A DNA stretch of 14,183 nt, from contig NW_021825816.1 of the NCBI RefSeq assembly GCF_006345805.1, positions 1 through 14,183 of the forward strand. Direction: 5' to 3'. Shown here in pieces: positions 9,298-14,183 of the stretch. Every line of letters starts with the position of its first letter. Within the stretch, counting starts at the first letter, position 1. Both the position numbers and the translations under genes were made by a program. The notes below the pieces were generated by a model that was given only the letters and a program-made list of their open reading frames with translations, was not told where the DNA came from and searched no databases. The stretch is from Octopus sinensis. Its lineage: Eukaryota.

Positions 9298-9544
9298 TAT
9301 ATTTACTATTTTTTGGGATAATTTAGCTTAAGTTAATAAATTATATTGGACTAAAAAATATTTTGCCAATGATAGAATAACACAGTGTTGCGATATTTTA
9401 TTTATAATTACTTCTAAACGTTTATTCGTTAATTGTGTTTGAAATTTTTTGAAATTCGTTAAAAAAACTTAACTGGTTGATCTATTGTATTTCGAAAACA
9501 ATATTACAAAATAACAGCGCATTATTCAAATAATTAATTTAAAG

Positions 9545-9898
9545 TTAAGAAGTTGGTTTAGGAGTTTCTGCAGTTTTGCGAATCATAATCCACCAGATGA
9601 AATAATAGCTTTCTGAGTTAATTCTTTAATTCGTCGTCATTTCCATTGCAACGACAATGTGACGTGGTTTAATTCTTCTTTTTCCACATTTTACTGCTGT
9701 ATTTCCAGCAAGTTCAAGCATTTCAGCCACAGCATATCCAATACTGCGCACATATATACTGCGGCAGGAATTCCTACTCGCATTCGGGTTTCATGACGGA
9801 GACACCGGTGAATGGTCCAACTGGAAACTGTAACCCGGCCCGAACGATTTGCTTTTAGCCTTTGACCGTACTTTTCCTCCTTTTCCTCTTGAAGACAT
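9545..9898 (-). pseudogene. H2A: Histone H2A, divergent, full length with six 1-nt deletions (possibly intact in the genome)
   Basis: MSSRGKGGKVRSKAKSKS/RAGLQFPVG/IHRCLR...AVYMCAVL/YAVAEMLELAGN...RIKPRHI...M/NDDEL/ELTQKAIISSGG/MIRK...PKPTS*. The span is 354 nt; restoring 6 nt gives 119 aa. Confidence 0.92.
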
Positions 9899-9942
9899 TA
9901 TACTCTGCTAACTATTTTTTGTTTACATAATAAAAAAATGGC

Positions 9943-10017
9943 ATTCCGAAATTTCGTTGAAGATTTTTTTCGGAATGGTCCTTTTTGCATCAGTCGAAAA
10001 AAATTTGGCAATGATAC
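9943..10017. promoter_or_regulatory. Bidirectional histone promoter, left part
   Basis: Inverted ATTCCGAA at 9943, TTCGGAAT at 9969, TTTTGCAT at 9983, TCGAAAAAAA, and degenerate TTGGCAAT at 10005. Confidence 0.65.
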
Positions 10018-13000
10018 GTCAATTGTCAATGTCTACGCGCCACACAGTGGACGTATTCAAAAAAATCCAGAAGAACTTGATATCTTCTATGAGGAATTAG
10101 GAAGGACATTAACAGACCTCGGTTCTTCGTACTTTCTGTTTGCTGCCGGGGACTGGAATGCGAAAGTGGAACCCGTAAGGCAGAGGTTTCCAAATGGGGA
10201 GGCGCGCCTCCCTAGGGAGGCGTTGACTCGTGTCCAGGGAGGCGCGAAAAGTATTTCAGAAACATTTTTTAGAAAATTATATCTATGTAAAAACGTGACT
10301 ATATTCCGATAATAAGAGTTATTAATTTAAAAATTATATTTTTTCAAAAATTTATTTAATTTATTAGACAATTAAATAATTTTAACACATGAATAAATTC
10401 TTGAGTGGTTGCAAAAGAAAATTCACGAATAATAAAGATTTTGACGATGGTTCAAAAAATCAAAATGATTGGAATATAATCAATACCACTCCAAAGACAA
10501 GAAAATACTTTCCATCTTACTTATGTTAGGATTCACACGTATCTTTGTTGATTCTATGGAAAAACCCTCTGTTTGCTTTGCCTCAAAACACTTGCAGCAG
10601 ATAGTGATGAGGCCATGCAAATTAAGAAGACATTTTGAAAGATGCATTCTGAACATGTCCATAAGTCTGAGAGAATTTTTTAAAAGAAAATTAGAAGAGT
10701 TTGATAACAAACGAAATCGTTAAAAAAACTTGTTTCTGTCTCTTCAAATGCTTTACTAGCATCGTACAAAGTTTCTTACAGGATTGCAAAATGCAAGAAA
10801 CGCACAATGAGAGAGAAACTCTAGTTTTGCCAGCAGCTATCGATATGGTTGAAGCAATGTTTGGCGAATCCTATGCAAAACAATTACAGCAAATACCGCT
10901 TGCTGATAACACAGTCGCTAGAAGAATTGATGACATATCTGAAGATCTTTGTGATCAGTTGGTTTCTCGACTACGTAACTGTAAATTTGCTATACAAGTT
11001 GATGAGGGAGCTGACATAAATAAAAAGCACATTTAATTGCATATGTCAGATGCTGAAGAAAGTACAATAATAGAAGATCTATTATTCTGCAAACCATTTC
11101 CTGGAAGGAGCACGGCCAATGAATTTTTAATATAATTGATACTTTTTTTGAAGAAAATAACATAGAATGGATCAATTGTGTTGGACTTTGTACAGACGGA
11201 GCACAGTCAATGTCAGGAAATAAATCTGGTCTTCAAGCTCTTGTAAAAAACAGAGCACCAGAAATATCTGGACGCACTGCATGCTGCACAGATCAGCACT
11301 TGTCTCAGAAATATGAGTCCAGAACTGAACGATATTTTGCGCAAATTACAAAAGTTATAAACTACATAAAAATTATCTCATTAACTTTTTGTTTTAAAAA
11401 ATTGTTTTTGATAAAATAATAATTGTATTATATTATGGAATATAAAGGAGGCGCAAGATTGTACTTTTCTCTAAGGGAGGCGCGTAAAAAAAGCTTGGAA
11501 ACCTCTGCCGTAAGGGAAACGAAAGTTTTATTGGCCATCACGGAGAGGAATCAGAAACTATCCAGGAATGTTCTAGCTGAATTCTGTCGGGTCTTTGACC
11601 TATTCCTATGCAACACCGGTTTCCAGCATCCCGCGCGTCACAAAACGACGTGGACTGGCCAACGACCCTCACCGACCGCAGGGTCCGTCAACATTTCAAC
11701 CAAATTGACTACATCGTCTGTCGAGCCGGGGAAAAATCGCTTCTCCGAGACTCAAGGTCTTATGGAGGTGCAGCTACTTACAGTGATCATAAATTGTCTC
11801 TGCCAAGTTTGCTATGAAGACATCAATTGACCTACGACGAAGAGGGCCCAACGCTGATGTAAGGATAAGGCATAAATCGAACAACACTGTGCTCATCTAC
11901 GCTGGTCAGAGACAACTACCAACTGTCAATCATGAATCTCTTGGAAACATAAATGCCGAACTTCTCCAGGAGGTGCCTGGGCGGAGACAATGAAAGGGAT
12001 CCTCTTGGCAGCCGACGAGGCATTGGCCTTCGGTCGCAAGTACTATGCAACCAAGGTATACACTCTGATCTCCCTGCCCTCATCAAAGAACAAAAGGAGC
12101 TAAGACTACAACTGGAAAACACATCTGATCCGAAGAAGAAAAAAATCTTACAGAATAGACGTTCATCTACCCAGAAAAAAATCAAAATGTTGAACAACAA
12201 ACTTCACTAACAAACTCGACTTAATAGCTGCAGGAATTGAACAGCTAAAGGACTCTTCAAAAATGTTTACGGCAATCCGCCTACTCAACAGGAAAAACAA
12301 ACTAACAAACTCAAAATCCATGACAGCAATGGAAGATTCATCACAAATCCCAATGAGCAGGCTGAATATATAGCCTCGTATTTCGAGAGTATATTAACCG
12401 CTCACGGAGAAATATCCGATTACACCAGCGGATACACCACTCATCTCAGCCTACCTATCACCACCGGTGAAGTATCAACTGCAATAGCCAAACTTAAAAA
12501 TGGCCGCTCCTCTGGACCGGATGGAATAAATTCAGAACTGTTTAAATACGGACCGCCTGCACTAACAGACAAACTGGCGGAGCTACTCAATGGTATGTTT
12601 ATGAAAAAGGAATTCCTCGGTCTTGATTCCGGATTATTAATACCGATCCAAAAGCCTAACAAGCAGGCTGGGCCTGTCGAAAATCTACGCCCTATAATCT
12701 TGCTAAACACCTTACGGAAACTTTTGGGATTAGTTACACTGAACCGAATAAGAGAACAAGTGGACAACTATCTATCCCCGAGTCATAGTGGATTTAGGAC
12801 AGGAAGATCCACCGCCGATGCTGTTGGGGCCCACAAGTGGTACTGCGCTATCACCCAGAGATACAAAAGTGCAACAACAGTCCTGGGAATAGACCTGTCT
12901 AGGCCTTTGACACGGTACGCCGTGGTCTACTCCTCAAAATACTGGAACAATTCCTGGACCCTGACTCTGTCAATATGATAGAGTACTACTATCGAACACA

Positions 13001-13981
13001 AAGCTCAAGGTGCGGGTCGGCACGGCGTTTTCCCGTGAATTCACGTGCAACGTCGGTACCCCTCAGGGAGACGCCTCTCGCCGTTGCTATTCGTGATCTA
13101 TCTGGAGACGGCACTACGAGACCTTCGAAAATTCTATGCTGGCAATATCGTCGAAATTGTATATGCAGATGACGTCGACTTCGTGTCAGACGACAAATCG
13201 ACCTTACTTCGACTCCTTGAAGTGGCACCTGCTGAGCTGAACAGATGGTTCCTTAAAATGAACGTTGGAAAAACCGACATCGTTGAAATCATGAGGATGG
13301 AGAGCAGCTCAAGTGAAGCCTGGCGCAAAACGAACAAACTCGGTTCTCTACTTGGGGACGGCCATGATATTGTCAGAAGAAAGGCTCTCGCTTGGGCCAC
13401 GATGAACAAGATAAAGAAAGAGTGGATCGGCAAACGACGACTCTGTACGTCACTTCGTCTGAGGATGTATGAAGCCTTTGTCAAACCAATCCTGACATAT
13501 AATTAGGCGACCTGGGGAATGTCTAGTACTGAACAACGTGGACTCGATTCTTTTCACCGCAGGCAACTTAGATCCCTACTGGGATTGAACTGGCCTATAA
13601 GAATCAACCAGGAATCGCTATACAATAGATGCAGAACTGGCCCTCTGAGTGTGGAAATCGTTAATATGCGGTGGAGGTTATTTGGTCATATTCTACGAAT
13701 GGACATGCTTGCCCCAGCTAACATAGCAATGGAGGGCTACTTCCTGAAAGAGGGATCGAGCTTCCGTGGACGTCCACGTGTTACGCTGCCGGAAACACTT
13801 GACGGAGACCTGAAATGGTGAAGAAAAGGCTAAGGAGTGGTGAGGATCTGGACGAGCTGAGGAAACTCGCTCACGACAGAGGAGGTTGAAAAGGCTGGTT
13901 CAAAGGATTGTTTTTTTAATGCTGCACGAGTAAATTATAACTAATATGATTCTACGTATGTTGCAAATAAAATAATAATAA
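10018..13981 (+). mobile_element. 5'-truncated RTE-clade retrotransposon (APE plus RT) with a (TAA)n tail
   Basis: APE motifs: IVNVYAP, GDWNAKV, LCNTGFQH, QIDYI, SDH. RT motifs: GPDGI, NLRPIILL, GFRTGRST, DLSRAFDTV, TPQGD.LSPLLF, YADD, KLGS, RWRLFGHILR, RGRP. Imperfect TSD AATGATAC (10010-10017) / AATAATAC (13977-13984). Confidence 0.95.
10181..11507 (+). mobile_element. Internally deleted hAT transposon (Buster/Charlie-like) nested in the RTE APE domain
   Basis: 13-bp TIRs CAGAGGTTTCCAA / TTGGAAACCTCTG and 8-bp TSD CCGTAAGG (10173-10180, 11508-11515). Subterminal GGAGGCG repeats. BED-finger remnant (CLLC...KLRRHF), plus PLADNTVARRI, FAIQVDE and CTDGAQSM. The C-terminal half is missing. Confidence 0.95.
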
Positions 13982-14032
13982 TACTTTTTTTGCATAGGTT
14001 AAAAATAGTGTTTATTTAGAGAATTTTTCCTA
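13977..14032 (+). promoter_or_regulatory. Right part of the interrupted promoter upstream of H4
   Basis: AATAATACTTTTTTTGCAT matches the motif at 7531-7548. Confidence 0.6.
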
Positions 14033-14142
14033 ATGTCTGGACGTGGTAAAGGTGGCAAAGGAGAAAGGTGTGCAAAACGATTTCGAAAGATATTAATTGA
14101 CAAATATACAAGGAATTACTAAGCCAGCAATAAGATAGATTG
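14033..14142 (+). pseudogene. H4: Histone H4 5' part, with indels, 3'-truncated
   Basis: MSGRGKGGKG--K..AKRFRKILID(+1)NIQGITKPAIR(+1)RL. Confidence 0.93.
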
Positions 14143-14183
14143 AATATCGGAATATCGGATTGAATATCGGATTGAATATCATG
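14138..14183 (+). mobile_element. Resumption of element A ORF1, with local micro-duplications
   Basis: 14162-14183 is the exact reverse complement of 4637-4658, and 14149-14168 of 4640-4659. GATTGAATATC is reiterated. Confidence 0.7.

Noticed and set aside
13501-13506. In-frame TAG in the RTE suggesting an alternative genetic code
   Set aside because: Isolated. H2B and H2A end at TAA at the expected positions, and there is no consistent reassignment.
441-14142. Viral origin of the histones (giant virus or polydnavirus)
   Set aside because: No viral genes or histone doublets; the context is eukaryotic transposons.
14139-14183. CRISPR-like or satellite array
   Set aside because: No spacers; explained by local duplication of element A sequence.

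Overview
Eukaryotic, AT-rich genomic DNA; the organism cannot be assigned from this sequence. The window is a fragmented cluster of divergent core-histone genes. H2B is intact (441-806, +). There are two 5' remnants of H3 (2456 and 7623, +), a full-length but frameshifted H2A (9545-9898, -) and a 3'-truncated H4 (14033, +). Roughly two thirds of the window is transposon-derived: CRE-like RLE retrotransposon pieces (one with an N-terminal PHD finger), several pieces of a Jockey/I-like LINE, three RTE-clade pieces, a Tc1 remnant, and an internally deleted hAT (Buster/Charlie-like) element nested in an RTE with perfect TIRs and an 8-bp TSD. Three structures stand out. (1) A TTCGGAAT/TTTTGCAT motif sits 44-53 nt upstream of the H3, H2A and H4 start codons. 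(2) Removing the RTE reconstructs a divergent H2A/H4 pair about 167 bp apart. (3) One LINE copy appears split at a single point, with about 6.8 kb of histone-cluster DNA between its halves. Many frameshifts are single-base losses in short homopolymers, so some apparent pseudogenisation, especially of H2A, may be long-read error.
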